Positions 37,936 through 48,822 of a stretch of 48,822 bases of DNA are shown one piece after another. The stretch is from NCBI RefSeq assembly GCF_004010195.1, contig NC_057749.1, forward strand, positions 5,869,339 to 5,918,160, read 5' to 3'. The number at the start of each line of letters is the position of its first letter. The stretch's first letter is position 1. The stretch is from Chiloscyllium plagiosum. Lineage: Eukaryota. Position numbers and translations under genes: made by a program. Below the pieces are notes generated by a model that was not told the origin of the DNA, did no database searches, and saw nothing but the letters and a program-made list of their open reading frames with translations.

Positions 37936-38402
37936 CATCGGTCCCTTGGCACCAGAAATAGACTTTTAAAACCATCCAGGAGATGGCAGATCACCAACGT
38001 CAGGTCCATTGCCTGGAAGAGGGTGAGATTGGAGAATGTACTTTTGGGATTTGGAGGAATGTCTGTGTAATAAACAGCCACAGCACACTGTTCCCATAAG
38101 AAATATAGCTGTCATTGTGTCATCAAATACACCCAACTTCCTTACCTTGACAACCGAATGCACACCAATAAGGTCACATATTCACACACAATAACTGGAC
38201 CCTCGCACACATGGTTCCATGTGTTAATAATATGGGTGTCAGTTTAGCTCAGTGGTGAAGTAGTGCGATGCCAACAGCATGGGTTCAATACCACAGCAGC
38301 TAACGTTATCATGAAGGACTCTCCTTCTCTATCTCACCGCTCATCTGAGGCATGGTAACCCTCAGCTTAAATCACCATTGGTCCTCTCTCTCCCTCTGTC
38401 TA

Positions 38403-38738
38403 AGGGGCAGCACAGTGACTCAGTGGTCAGCAGCGCTGCCTCTCGGTGCCAGGGACCCAAGTCTGATTCCAGCCTGGGCCCCTGTCTGTGTGGAGTTTGC
38501 ACATTCTCTGTGTGGGTTTCATCCAGGTGCTCCGGTTTCCTCCCGCAATCAAAGGATGGACAGGTTAGGTGAATTGGCCATGCTAAATTGCCCCATAGTG
38601 TGCAGGTTAGGTGCATTAATCAGGAATAAATGTAGCATAATACAGAAGGGGAATGGGTCTGGGTGGGTTACTCTTCAGAGGGGTCAGTGTGGACTTGTTG
38701 GGCTGAAGGGCCTGTGTCCACACTGTAGGGATTCTATG
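38403..38738 (+). mobile_element. HE1-type SINE
   Basis: Head, GTGTGGAGTTTGCACATTCTC core and CACACTGTAGGGATTCTATG tail. Confidence 0.85.
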
Positions 38739-39914
38739 AAGTCACAGTCCTATGATCTGGCAAGACTATGGCAACTTGAGATGCTTAACAGCATTCTGAT
38801 GTAGGAACTTCAGCCCGTGAGTTTTACTTGTGCTCCTTTATCTGGATACAAGCTGAAACTGTAGTTGTTGGGTTTGGGAAAGTCACCAAGATCCTACCAG
38901 GCTACAGGCTTACACTCCTTATGACCTCAGGTAAGGGGAGAGTCCTTTGTGATAACCTCAGCCGCTGATGGGTATTGAACCTATGCTGTTGGGGTTATTC
39001 TGTATTGCAAACCAGCCAATGACACTTGGAGGTGTTTGGAACCTGTGTCTGTGGGAGTAAAAACCCATAAGTGGATAAAGGTTAAGTTCCAGTCTATCAT
39101 TCACCAGCTGGCTAACTGGAATCGAACACCCTGCACAGCAGTTTTCAGGATAAATTGAACTTTTAGGGCATTCACTGTTTATATAATTTGGGAGGTTTTC
39201 TCCTATCTTTAACATATTTGATCTAATAAAGGGTCTCTAAAACAGACTGCACTCGGAAAAGACAAGCATTAATTGGGGATTTTCTTTTACCTCGATAGGA
39301 GGCCTTTACGTGATCAGTTTCGATGTTGAGTGAAGTAAATCCCAAACTGCATTGGATGCTAACCCCCTGCTCCTCTAGATTAAATTCTGAGATCACTAAA
39401 ACAGTTAAATTAATAGCAACGTGTCCCCCAATGCTTTGAAAGCTTCACTCAGTCTCAGCCTTGGAACCCTTAACATTCTAAATCAATATTCCATCTAACT
39501 ATTCAATACTTCAGTGCAAGTCTTCATTTTACTGTCTCAGAACTATGAAAAGCATTATGACCATTTCCACCTACTTTCGATTTTTAAAAATCAATGCATG
39601 CAGGATGTAAATTTAAAACAGTTTTAAATCAATATCTGGGAAAGACATTCTTTCCTCAAACCACATATGGGGAAGTAAAATTGAGAGGAATGTTGTATTA
39701 TCAGAGTTTCAATGTTTTCATCTGAAATGATCATGGTGACAATTTTCTCTCACTGCACGCTATGATGAGAGTTCACATTGTCTGGGTTTGTGAATGTGGG
39801 TTGCTTACTTTTAAAAGTGATTTAGAAGTGAAAGACAGAAGTGACTGCAGTTCAGAACTGAACAAAAACTTAAATAAAGTGACCAACACTCTGGACAGAC
39901 ATGGTATAAATTGA

Positions 39915-40702
39915 AAACGTTATAGGAAGGATGTTGTGAAACTTAAAAGCGTTCAGAAAATATTTACAAGGGTGTTGCCAGGGTTGGAGAGTTTCAGCTA
40001 TAGTGATCTTCCCCAAGATTTTCAATCCTGTTATTTATAAAACAAACAGCCATATTTCATATGATATTATACCCATGTAAGTTAAGAGTCAGCTTTGACA
40101 AAGGTCAGTTTGACCCGAAACATCAGCTCTTTTCTCTCCTTACAGATGCTGCCAAACCTGCTGAGATTTTCCAGCATTTTCTCTTTTTGTGTTAAGTTAA
40201 GAGTCTGACTTTCTTACAAGTTCATTATTCATTACCCAGGTTTCTTTTGTAATGTATGTTTGTGTTATTAAAAATATATTTATAATTTATAGTGAGAGGC
40301 TGAATAGACTGGGGCTATTTTCCCTGGAGAGTTGGAGGGTGATTTTATAGAGATTTATAAAATCATGAGGGATATGGATAGGATAAGTAGACAAGGACTT
40401 GTCCCCAGGGTAGGGGAGTCCAAAACTAGAGGGCATAGGTTTAAGGTGAAAGGGGAAAGATTTAAAAGGGACCGAAGGGACAATTTTTTTATGCAGAAGT
40501 GGTGCGTGTAGGGAATGACTTGCAAGAGGAGGAGATGTAGGCTGGTACAATTACATTTAAAATTATTTGGATGGGTATTTGAATAGGAAGAGATATGGGC
40601 CAAATGTTGGCAAATGGGTCTAGATTAATTTAGGATACCTGATGTCATGGATTAGTTGGACCAAAGGGTCTGTTTCCATGCTGTACATCTCTGTGGACTC
40701 TT
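39915..40702 (+). mobile_element. CR1/HER1-like LINE 3' fragment interrupted at 40007-40287
   Basis: GGATGTTGTGAAACTT...TTCAGAAAATATTTACAAGGGTGTTGCCAGG resumes as GAGAGGCTGAATAGACTGGGG; tail GGGTCTGTTTCCATGCTGTACATCTC. Confidence 0.8.
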
Positions 40703-41068
40703 TGATCCCAAGTTCAGGCCCCAGCACTGACCCCTGTGGCACATCACTCCTTACATCATTTCGAACAGAAAACAATCCATTTTTGCTTCTCACAATTTCC
40801 TGTTAGCTAGCCAATCTTCCATTGATGCCAATGAGGTCTCTTGTATGTAGTGGTAGTATCCTTACGTCTGGGTTAAAAGGCTGAATTCAAGTCCCTTCTG
40901 CTCCAGAAATGTATCGTAACATCTCCGAACAGATTGATAACAAAATAAACGTCTAAGCCGATGTGTTACCCGTTATGCCATGGGCTTTGATGTGACACTT
41001 CAACAAATGCATTCATGTGATCCAGTACCCCTTTATTCCATAACAGATGTTACTTCGTGAAAGATCGT

Positions 41069-41387
41069 GGGTGGCACAGTGCCTTAGTGGTTAGCACTGC
41101 TGCCTCAGGGTCCCAGGTTCGATTCCAAGCCTCGGGTGACTGTCTGTGTAGAGTTTGCACATTCTCCCCGTATCTGTGCGGGTTTCCTCCGGGTGCTCCG
41201 GTTTCCTCCCACTGTCCAAAGATGTGCAGATCAGATGAATTGGCCATGGGAAATTGCCCCATAGTGTTAAGTCAATTAGTCAGAGGGAAATGGGTCTAGG
41301 TGGGTTACTCTTCAGAGGGTTGGTGTGGACTGGTTGGGCCGAAGGGCCTGTTTCCACACTGTAGGGAATTTAATCGAATCAATCTAA
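41069..41387 (+). mobile_element. HE1-type SINE
   Basis: Head, core and tail all present. Confidence 0.85.
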
Positions 41388-41654
41388 ACTCCAATAACTA
41401 GGTTAATCATGATGTTCCCCTGCACACAATTATGTCAACTCTGCCTAATTATCTTGAGCATTTTTCCTGCTAAAAAATAATAGTTTAATATCTTTCCTAT
41501 GACTGATGTTAACCTAACTGGCCTTCCTGCCTTTTGTTTCCCCTTGTGAGCTGTTATGATAATGGTAAATATGGACTTTCACCCAGTTCACACGTTCATG
41601 GAAGATGAAGATTGGCGATAGGTTGGCTTTGGAGTATTCAATATGGCAAAATGA

Positions 41655-42093
41655 TGGATGGGTTAGATACACTCGGATTGTTTTCACTGGAAAGACAGAG
41701 ACTGAGGGATGACATGATAGAGGTCTACAAATTTATGACCGGCGTAAGTAGGGTGGATACTTAGATGCTATTTTCCAGGGTGGAAAGGTCAATTGTAAGA
41801 GGCCACAGGTCAAGGTGATAGAGGGAAAGTTTGGAGGTGAAGTGGTGTGAAAATGTTTCAAACATAGGGTGGTGGGTGCCTGGAATGCACTGCCAGTGGA
41901 GATGTTGGAAGCAGTCACACTAACAATGTTTAAGGCGTATTTTAGTAGACACATAAATGAAAGGTGAACAGAGGGCTAGAAACCGTGCATGGGCAATAAG
42001 TGGTGGGCCTAAATAAGGATTAGGAATTGGCGCAGACCTGGTGGGCCAAAGGGCCAGTTCCAGTGCTGTATTGTATTGTATTGTATTGTATTG
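41655..42093 (+). mobile_element. CR1-type LINE 3' fragment with (TTGTA)n tail
   Basis: GACTGAGGGATGACATGATAGAGGTCTACAAA...GCCTGGAATGCACTGCCAG; microsatellite tail at 42067-42093. Confidence 0.8.
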
Positions 42094-42427
42094 AATAATG
42101 AGCAGACTTGAAAATATACAAAGTGTTAGAGAAAAAATATACAAAGGAATCTCTCTCTGTCTCTCGCTCTTTCTCTCTCCCTCTCCTGCTCTACTTGCCA
42201 ACCCGGAACTCCAAGAATTTCCTGAGTATTACTTTCCTGGTAGTTAGAATTTTCTTCAGTTCATCGTTCTTTTCCGTTCCCATTAATTTGGAATGTTACT
42301 TACCTCCTTTATAGTGAAAACCAATGCAAATACCTGCTAAGTTCATATGCCATCTCCTTATGTTCCCTCATTAGTTCTTCAAATTCAGTTTCTATAAGGT
42401 CAACACAGCACCATAAGGTCAACAAAC

Positions 42428-42517
42428 ATCACCACCTGGTGAAGAAGCAGCTCTTCGAAAGTTGGTGATTTCAAATAAACCTGTTGGACTATAACCTGGT
42501 GTTGTGTGATTTTTACC
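42428..42517 (+). mobile_element. PLE terminus with degenerate hammerhead
   Basis: cac-CTGGTGA-A-gaag(cagct)cttc-GAAAG-TTG-gtg followed by AAATAAACCTGTTGGACTATAACC. Confidence 0.7.
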
Positions 42518-43451
42518 TTTATTTACAGCTTCTTTTCAAATATCGGTGGCATCTCTTCACTTCAGCTTGCTTCCAGCTTAGTTTATTTCTGAGACTCCAA
42601 TGACTCTCCCTATATGACTTGTCAATTATTAAAATTTTGTATCCCATCTTCTGACCTGCACCCATCTTTTAACAATTATGTACATTCTCTTAATGCTTGA
42701 TACTAACTTTAATTTTTTACTTAATCATTTATGGTGTGTGTTTCCCTTCCATTATTTTCTTACTTGTTTGAATATATATATATTTTGTAAATTCTGAACT
42801 ATCTGCCTTTATGTCTGCCACAATATCTCAATTGACCTAACTCTCAACCTAATTTACCATTTTTCATTTTAGCTAGATTTATTTTCATGCCCTCATAATT
42901 GTCCTTTTTCAGTCTAAAATACTCGTTTTGGAACTAATTTTCACTCCTTCAAACTAAATGTGAAATTCAGACATATTATGGTTGTGCTGCTTAGAGACAG
43001 CCTTCAGTATGAGGTTATTATGGACTAGTTTCTGGTTGGGTCCAGTTTGAGCTGTTTATTCTATGAACTATACTGGAAACACTATATGATCTCCTCACTT
43101 GGCTTCTATGCCCAGGCTTTTATATGTGAAATAAAATCACCCATTCTCACCATAGCTTTCTCCCAAGATCCCATGATTTCATCCATTATGCTCAATTCTA
43201 TGATGTAGTTGGGATTTGTGAACCTGAAAACCACTGCTATTCATGACTTGACTTTACCATTTCTCACGTTTACCCAAACCCTTGGTTTCCATCCTCCCTC
43301 TCCAACTTGCTAGTGCCATCACTAATTAACACTGCCACACCTTCACCTTTTCCTCAGCTTCCTCTCCTTCCAAAATGTCATGGACACTCCATTATGTTGT
43401 CCTCCAGCCACATTTCTGTAATTGTACTTAACTATTTGCACTATCATTTGT

Positions 43452-43759
43452 GGGCGGCACGGTGGCACAGTGGTTAGCACTGCTGCCTCACAGCGCCAGA
43501 GACCCGGGTTCAATTCCCGCCTCAGGCGACTGACTGTGTGGAGTTTGCACATTCTCCCCGTGTCTGCGCGGGTTTCCTCCGGGTGCTCCGGTTTCCTCCC
43601 ACAGTCCAAAGATGTGCAGGTTCAGGTGAATTGGCCGTGCTAAATTGCCCATAGTGTTAGGTAAGGGGTACATGTAGGGGTATGGGTGGGTTGCCCTTCG
43701 GCGGGGCGGTGTGGACTTGTTGGGCCGAAGGGTCTGTTTCCACACTAAGTAATCTAATC
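43452..43759 (+). mobile_element. HE1-type SINE, young copy with intact Pol III boxes
   Basis: A box TGGCACAGTGG at 43463-43473, B box GGTTCAATTCC at 43507-43517, many CpGs retained, (TAATC)n tail. Confidence 0.9.
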
Positions 43760-45892
43760 AGTTTTTTTGTTCCAAGTACCATGTGCATTCACTTGGAGAG
43801 CAGAAGCTTGAACACACACACACACACACACACAGCATGTTCAAGAACAGCTTGTTCCCTGCCATTATTAGACTGATGAGTGGACTCTCTAACTTCACAG
43901 ACTATTATCTGTATTCTACCAACATGTATTTTTATGAATGTGGTTACACTATGATAATAATCAGATAATATAATTTGTTTTTGCAAGATTGATTAAGGTT
44001 TCAAATATTGGCCTGTTCCTCGTCAAAGGAGTATCATGAAATCTTTTGTATCCATCTGAACAGATTGACAGGGCTTCACTTTACGGCATCTTTGACAGTG
44101 TTCTCAGAGTATGACATGGGTGTGATGTGCACTTAGGCTTGAGAGAGGGATTTGATTCAGGGACCTTTTGAAGCAGAGGCGAGAGTGTTATTAACTGAGC
44201 CACAGCTGATAGCTGCATAATGTCCATATAAAACCACAATAGCTTCCTTCTATTGAACTGTCTGTGGTGACCAGTGCTTATTGTGACATTTGAATAGTCT
44301 AAATTCAACTAAATTACCAAATTCCTGTATCAGAGCATGTGGCAGCACTATTACTTCGGAATCAGAACTTTGATGCTTCAAGCCCTGTTGTAACTTGCCT
44401 TCAGTGTCTTGCAATTTCTTTCACTTGAGATGTTAAGTCAAGTCCCCATCTATTCCCCATCTGTATCGTCACCATCCATTCAACTGGATAGAAATCTGTT
44501 GACAAGATGATATGTAGAAGAGCAGCAACAGTGTCTTGAGGTTATCAACCCCGCCCGTCATACCCAAAGTCTTCAAGAATTAAAGATTAAGGTTGCACAG
44601 CTAGAAGAAAATGATGAGACAAGTTGATGCTATTGATCACATAATTTGGTTATTAACTAACATTACATACTGGGTACAGTTATGTCTGCAACTCATTTTT
44701 ACTTGTTCATGCGTCAGCATTTATTGTCCATCCCTAGTTGCGCTGGAGAAGGTGGTGGTGAGAAGGAGGAGGAAGTTCTTGAACCGCTGCAGAGCTGATC
44801 ATCTAGGGACACACACAGTGTTGGTAAAGAGGAAGTTATAAGACATCGAGCCAGTGACAGTGATGGAACGATTATATATGTCCAAGTTAGGATGGTGAGC
44901 TGCTTGGAGGAGAAATAGCAGGTGGTGGCATTCCCATGTATCTGCTACCCTTTTAGATGGTAGAGATCAAGGGTTTGGATAGTGATGTTGAAGAAGTCTT
45001 GGTGAGTTGCTGCAATGCAACTTGGAGATGGTATGCACTGCTGCTACTGTGTGCTGGTGGTGATAGGAGTGAACGTTGAAAGAGGCGGATTGGATGCTCA
45101 TCAAGCAGGTGCTTTGACTCAACTAGAGTGTTGCTTGAACTGTGCCATCCAAGCAACTGGGAAGTAATCCATCCCATTCCTGACTTGTAGATGGAGTCAG
45201 GAGGTCTTCCTAGTCGACGTAAAAACAATGACTGCAGATGCTGGAAACCAGAGTCTAGATTAGAGTGGTGCTGGAAAAGCTTTCAAGGCATTGTTGAGAC
45301 TGCACTTGGAGCACTGTGCATTGTATATGGTTTCCATCTCCTTACTGAAGAAAGAATAGACCTTGCTTCAGGCTGGATCTGGGATGGTGTGATTGTCTTG
45401 AGAGGAAAGATTGAGCACTTTGGGCATAGGCTCTTTGGAGGAATGAGAAGTGAGCTTATTGAAACATTTAAGATTTTGTGGGAGTTTGACAGAGAAGATG
45501 TTGCGTGGGTATTTCCCCTCATGGTGGATTTCAACTCAGGAGCACAGTTTCAAAATATGGGGTCTCCCCACTGATAATTGGAAAATTTCGTAGGGGGTCG
45601 TTACTGTAAATGTTGTTCCTCTGAGTGGAAGCTGGGTCTTTGATTGAGAGAATGAGGACTGCAGATGCTGGAGATTGGTGAGGCCTTTACCGAAGACTGA
45701 TTGTTCATCCTCAGTGAGTGATAGGACTTGGGGGGTGGTAAAGACGAGGCCTTTACTGAAGACTAATTGTTCATCCTCACTGGTGAGGTGTGAATATATT
45801 CAAGATTAAGTTAGCCAGATTTTTGATCTACAAGTGAGTCAAGGCCACAATCAAATCAGTCATAATCATGATTGTATTGAATGGGGTGTCTT

Positions 45893-46140
45893 TCTGGTTA
45901 GCACTGCTGCCTCACAGCATAAGGGACCTGGGTTCAATACCAGCCTCGAGTGACTGTCTGTGTGGAATTTGCATATTCTCCTGCCACAGTACAAAGATTT
46001 GTAGGTTAGGTGGATTGGCCATGGGAAAGGCAAGGATAAGGGGATAAGGTAGGGGGTGGGTCTAGGTAAGATGCAGTTCGGAAGGTTAGTATGGGCTCAA
46101 TAGGCCAAATAGCCTGCTTCCATACTGTAGGGATTCTATG
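45893..46140 (+). mobile_element. HE1-type SINE (internally deleted)
   Basis: TGGTTAGCACTGCTGCCTCACAGC head and ACTGTAGGGATTCTATG tail. Confidence 0.75.
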
Positions 46141-46634
46141 GTCTTAAGAAGCCAAAGGTTCTTATTCTTTATGATTCTACATAGCCCCTGTGACAGAAAC
46201 AGACCATTCAGCCCAACTGATCTATGCTAGCTTTCTTTGTTCACATTCTAGGTAAAAATTTAATTTGCTTGTATTTATTAACTCAGTCTTCTTTCTCTAA
46301 CCAGGGCTGGGGTCATTTGATCTCATTGTTCCTTGTGAAAATAGACAAGCTCATTGAGGTCTGTGGAAGATGCCACTTTTAGGATATTTAAGTGGGAAAA
46401 TGTATCACAACCCATGGGGATAGCACTCTGGAAATTGAGTCCTACTATTCCCCGAGTCATCATGAATGTTAAAGATTCTAAAAGTATGCAAAGATTCCCC
46501 AATTTGCATTTTCTCCTCATTGCAGGTTGACAGAAAGCACAGAACATGTTTCTATACTTAACAAATACTGACGTCTAGATTAGAGTGGCGCTGGAAAATC
46601 ACACCAGTTCAGGCAACATCCGAGGAGCAGTAAA

Positions 46635-46668
46635 ATTGACGTTTCGGGCAAAAGCCCTTCATCAGGAA
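46635..46668 (-). ncRNA. Minimal hammerhead ribozyme motif
   Basis: Minus strand ttc-CTGATGA-A-gggc(tttt)gccc-GAAAC-GTC-aa; core intact, stem I weak. Confidence 0.7.
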
Positions 46669-47298
46669 TACAGGCAGAGAGTCTGAAGGGTGGAGAGATA
46701 AGTGAGAGGAGGGTGGGGGTTAGGGAGATATTAGCATAGAGTACAATAGGTGAGTGGGGGAGGGAATGGAGGTGATAGGTTAGGGGGAGGGGGGAGTTGG
46801 TAGGTGGAAAAGAAGATAGGCAGGTAGGACAAGTCATGGGGACGGTGCTGAGCTGGAAGTTTGGAACTGGGGTGAGGTGGGGGAGGGGAAATGAGGAAAC
46901 TGTTAAAGTCCACATTGATGCCCTGGGGTTGAAATGTTCCGAGGCGGAAGATGAGGCGTTCTTCCTCCAGGCGTCTGGTGGTGAGGGAGTGGCGGTGAAG
47001 GAGGCCCAGGACCTCCATGTCCTCGACAGAGTGGGAGGGGGAGTTGAAATGTTGGGCCACAGGGCGATAGGGTTGATTGGTGCGGGTGTCCCGGAGATAG
47101 TCCCTAAAGCTCTCTGCTAGGAGGTGTCCAGTCTCCCCAATGTAGAGGAGATCGCATCGGGAGCAACGGATACAATAAATAATATTGATGGATGTGGAAG
47201 GCTCCTTTAGGCCCACTCACCTATTGTACTCTATGCTACTTTCTCCCTACCCCACCCTCCTCTCACTTATCTCTCCACCCTTCAGGCTCTCTGCCTGT

Positions 47299-47334
47299 AT
47301 TCCTGATGAAGGGCTTTTGCCCGAAACGTCGATT
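47299..47334 (+). ncRNA. Minimal hammerhead ribozyme motif
   Basis: attc-CTGATGA-A-gggc(tttt)gccc-GAAAC-GTC-gatt; canonical core and GUC triplet. Confidence 0.8.
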
Positions 47335-48138
47335 TTACTGCTCCTCGGATGTTGCCTGAATTGCTGTGCTTTTCCAGCACTACTCTAATCTAGAATCTGG
47401 TTTCCAGCATCTGCAGTCATTGTTTTTACCTTAACAAATACTGCTACTTATTACATGTAAACAGTGTCCTACTATAGATGAAACGTTATGCACCATTGGA
47501 ATATAACTCTACCAATAAAAATATAATCCTCTTATATTCTGCCTTTTTTTATATACAGACACATATGACATGCGTGCAAACACACGCATACACACACTCA
47601 CTCAAAGATTGCTGAGTTTTTTTATGATTCTACTCCTGGTTCAATGGTCATCCTTCTCTAAATGCTTCCACTGGTTTGCAAAAGGCAGAGTGTGGCTGGT
47701 TCATTTATAAAGGTCTTTGACTTATCAATGAAGAATCAACAACTGTTGAATAAAACTATAACCTGTTTTTTTTCAGGTCTAAAGTGGTTTACTGCAGAGA
47801 ACTGAAAGAGAGCTGTTGGTGATTGGATGGTTTCTCCCAATCTTGTTCACAGACCCAGGTTGTTTAGTTACCTGAGAACTAATCCCATGACTGTTAGCAA
47901 ACAAAATTCAATGATCACTAGTTCACAGCCTGATCAGCTTCTTGTTTTTGATCAAGGCTTCAGCTGTGCACAAGTACTGTGTTCCAGCTTGTCTAGAAAC
48001 TACAATTCTGGAATAACTGCACAGAGGCCAGTCTCCTGTCACCAAGTCGCCCTGTATTTATATATGCACAGTACACTGGCTGCAACCGTCCAACTCAGAG
48101 TCTGCCCCTGAAGTGAGGAGACACAAATCCCCTGTTTA

Positions 48139-48578
48139 TTTTTTTCTTTTTTTTTTCTTCTTTTTTCTTTTTAAAATTTAACCCCCGCACTACCGCCTAA
48201 CTGCGGTAGTGCTTATTTTTCCCCAGCACCCATGGTGTGTGTGCGTAGGTGTGAGACACAGTGAGAGACACAAGGTGCACGAATCTTTATTCAATTTCCA
48301 CCACCAGGAAGATAGGAAAACACCCGGGTGGCCAGTGACAAACACTGCCCTTCACATCAAAGGGCAATGCTGTGTGATCAAAACAGTGAGGGGGAGGGTA
48401 GGGACTAAATCAAAATAGAGTTGGAGGGAGAAATGATGCACTCCACTCCCTGCGGCGCCCACCTCTCCCTGAACAACTCCAGGGTGTTGGTCGCCACCGC
48501 GTGCTCCTTCTCCAAGGAAACCCGGGCCCTAACGTAACCGTGGAAGAGGGGCAGGCAGTCAGCCCTAATGACCCCCTC
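48139..48578 (-). mobile_element. Tx1/L1-like LINE 3' end (ORF2 C-terminus, 3' UTR, poly(A))
   Basis: Minus frame EGVIRADCLPLFHGYVRARVSLEKEHAVATNTLELFRERWAPQGVECIISPSNSILI* (stop at 48405); AATAAA, terminal hairpin and poly(A); flanked by cacaaatcccctg(t/g)tta at 48122 and 48579. Confidence 0.7.
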
Positions 48579-48646
48579 CACAAATCCCCTGGTTATTTTT
48601 TTTTTTCTTTTTTTTTAGGGCCGGTGCCTGGACCTGAACACTCCTG

Positions 48647-48822
48647 TTTATTTATTTATTTATTTATTTATTTTTTTCCCTTTCTTTTTTAACCCCCACA
48701 CTACCACCTAAGTGCGGTAGTGCTTATTTTATCCCCAGCACCCATGGTGTGTGTGTATACGTGTGAGACACAGTGAAAGACACAAAATGCACAAATCTTT
48801 ATTCAATTTCCACCACCAAGAA
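48647..48822 (-). mobile_element. Second copy of the same LINE 3' end, running off the window
   Basis: 48688-48822 closely repeats 48178-48311; A-rich and (TAAA)n tail. Confidence 0.75.

Larger units (their letters stand above)
46571..47429 (-). mobile_element. Penelope-like element, 5'-truncated, with GIY-YIG endonuclease ORF and inverted pseudo-LTRs each carrying a hammerhead
   Basis: ORF 46731-47216: NIIYCIRCSRCDLLYIGETG...F...PVAQHFNSPSHS...RRLEEERLIFRLGTFQPQGINVDF; arms about 46575-46758 and 47212-47393; 14-bp TSD cttaacaaatactg (46557-46570 and 47430-47443). Confidence 0.9.

Noticed and set aside
43452..43525. tRNA-like sequence with A and B boxes
   Set aside because: It is the head of an HE1 SINE and continues into the SINE core, so it is not called as a tRNA gene
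45680..45779. Two 34-bp direct repeats (gaggccttta(c/t)..aagact.attgttcatcctca) separated by 32 bp, CRISPR-like spacing
   Set aside because: Only two units, no cas genes, vertebrate intron context within LINE debris; best explained as a local duplication
48187..48213. Hairpin with GGTAGTG..GGGG resembling part of U1 snRNA, or an intrinsic terminator
   Set aside because: Match is only about 10 nt with no other U1 sequence; it sits in a LINE 3' UTR and bacterial terminators do not apply

Overview
Eukaryotic, repeat-rich vertebrate DNA, most likely a shark or other elasmobranch, judged from the many HE1-type tRNA/V-SINEs that share 3' tails with CR1/HER1-like LINEs. The only host coding sequence I can support is one 424-bp internal exon (12531-12954, + strand, AG/GT boundaries). 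It encodes S1-S4 of the pacemaker channel HCN4, so the window appears to be the end of intron 1, exon 2 and over 35 kb of intron 2, with two assembly gaps. The rest is retroelement debris: CR1, Rex1/Babar-like and Tx1-like LINE fragments, HE1 and Deu-domain SINEs, a solo LTR and a SINE-derived 59-bp tandem array. The most notable structure is a dense set of Penelope-like-element (PLE) derivatives. Several carry GIY-YIG endonuclease remnants, many form fold-back inverted repeats with 8-16 bp target-site duplications, and they carry minimal hammerhead-ribozyme cores (CUGA[U/A]GA-A-stem II-GAAA-palindromic stem III) whose stem II covaries across at least four terminal-repeat families. Two of these elements bracket HCN4 exon 2 in complementary orientation. 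All family and gene assignments come from recognition of the sequence by eye, not from database searches.
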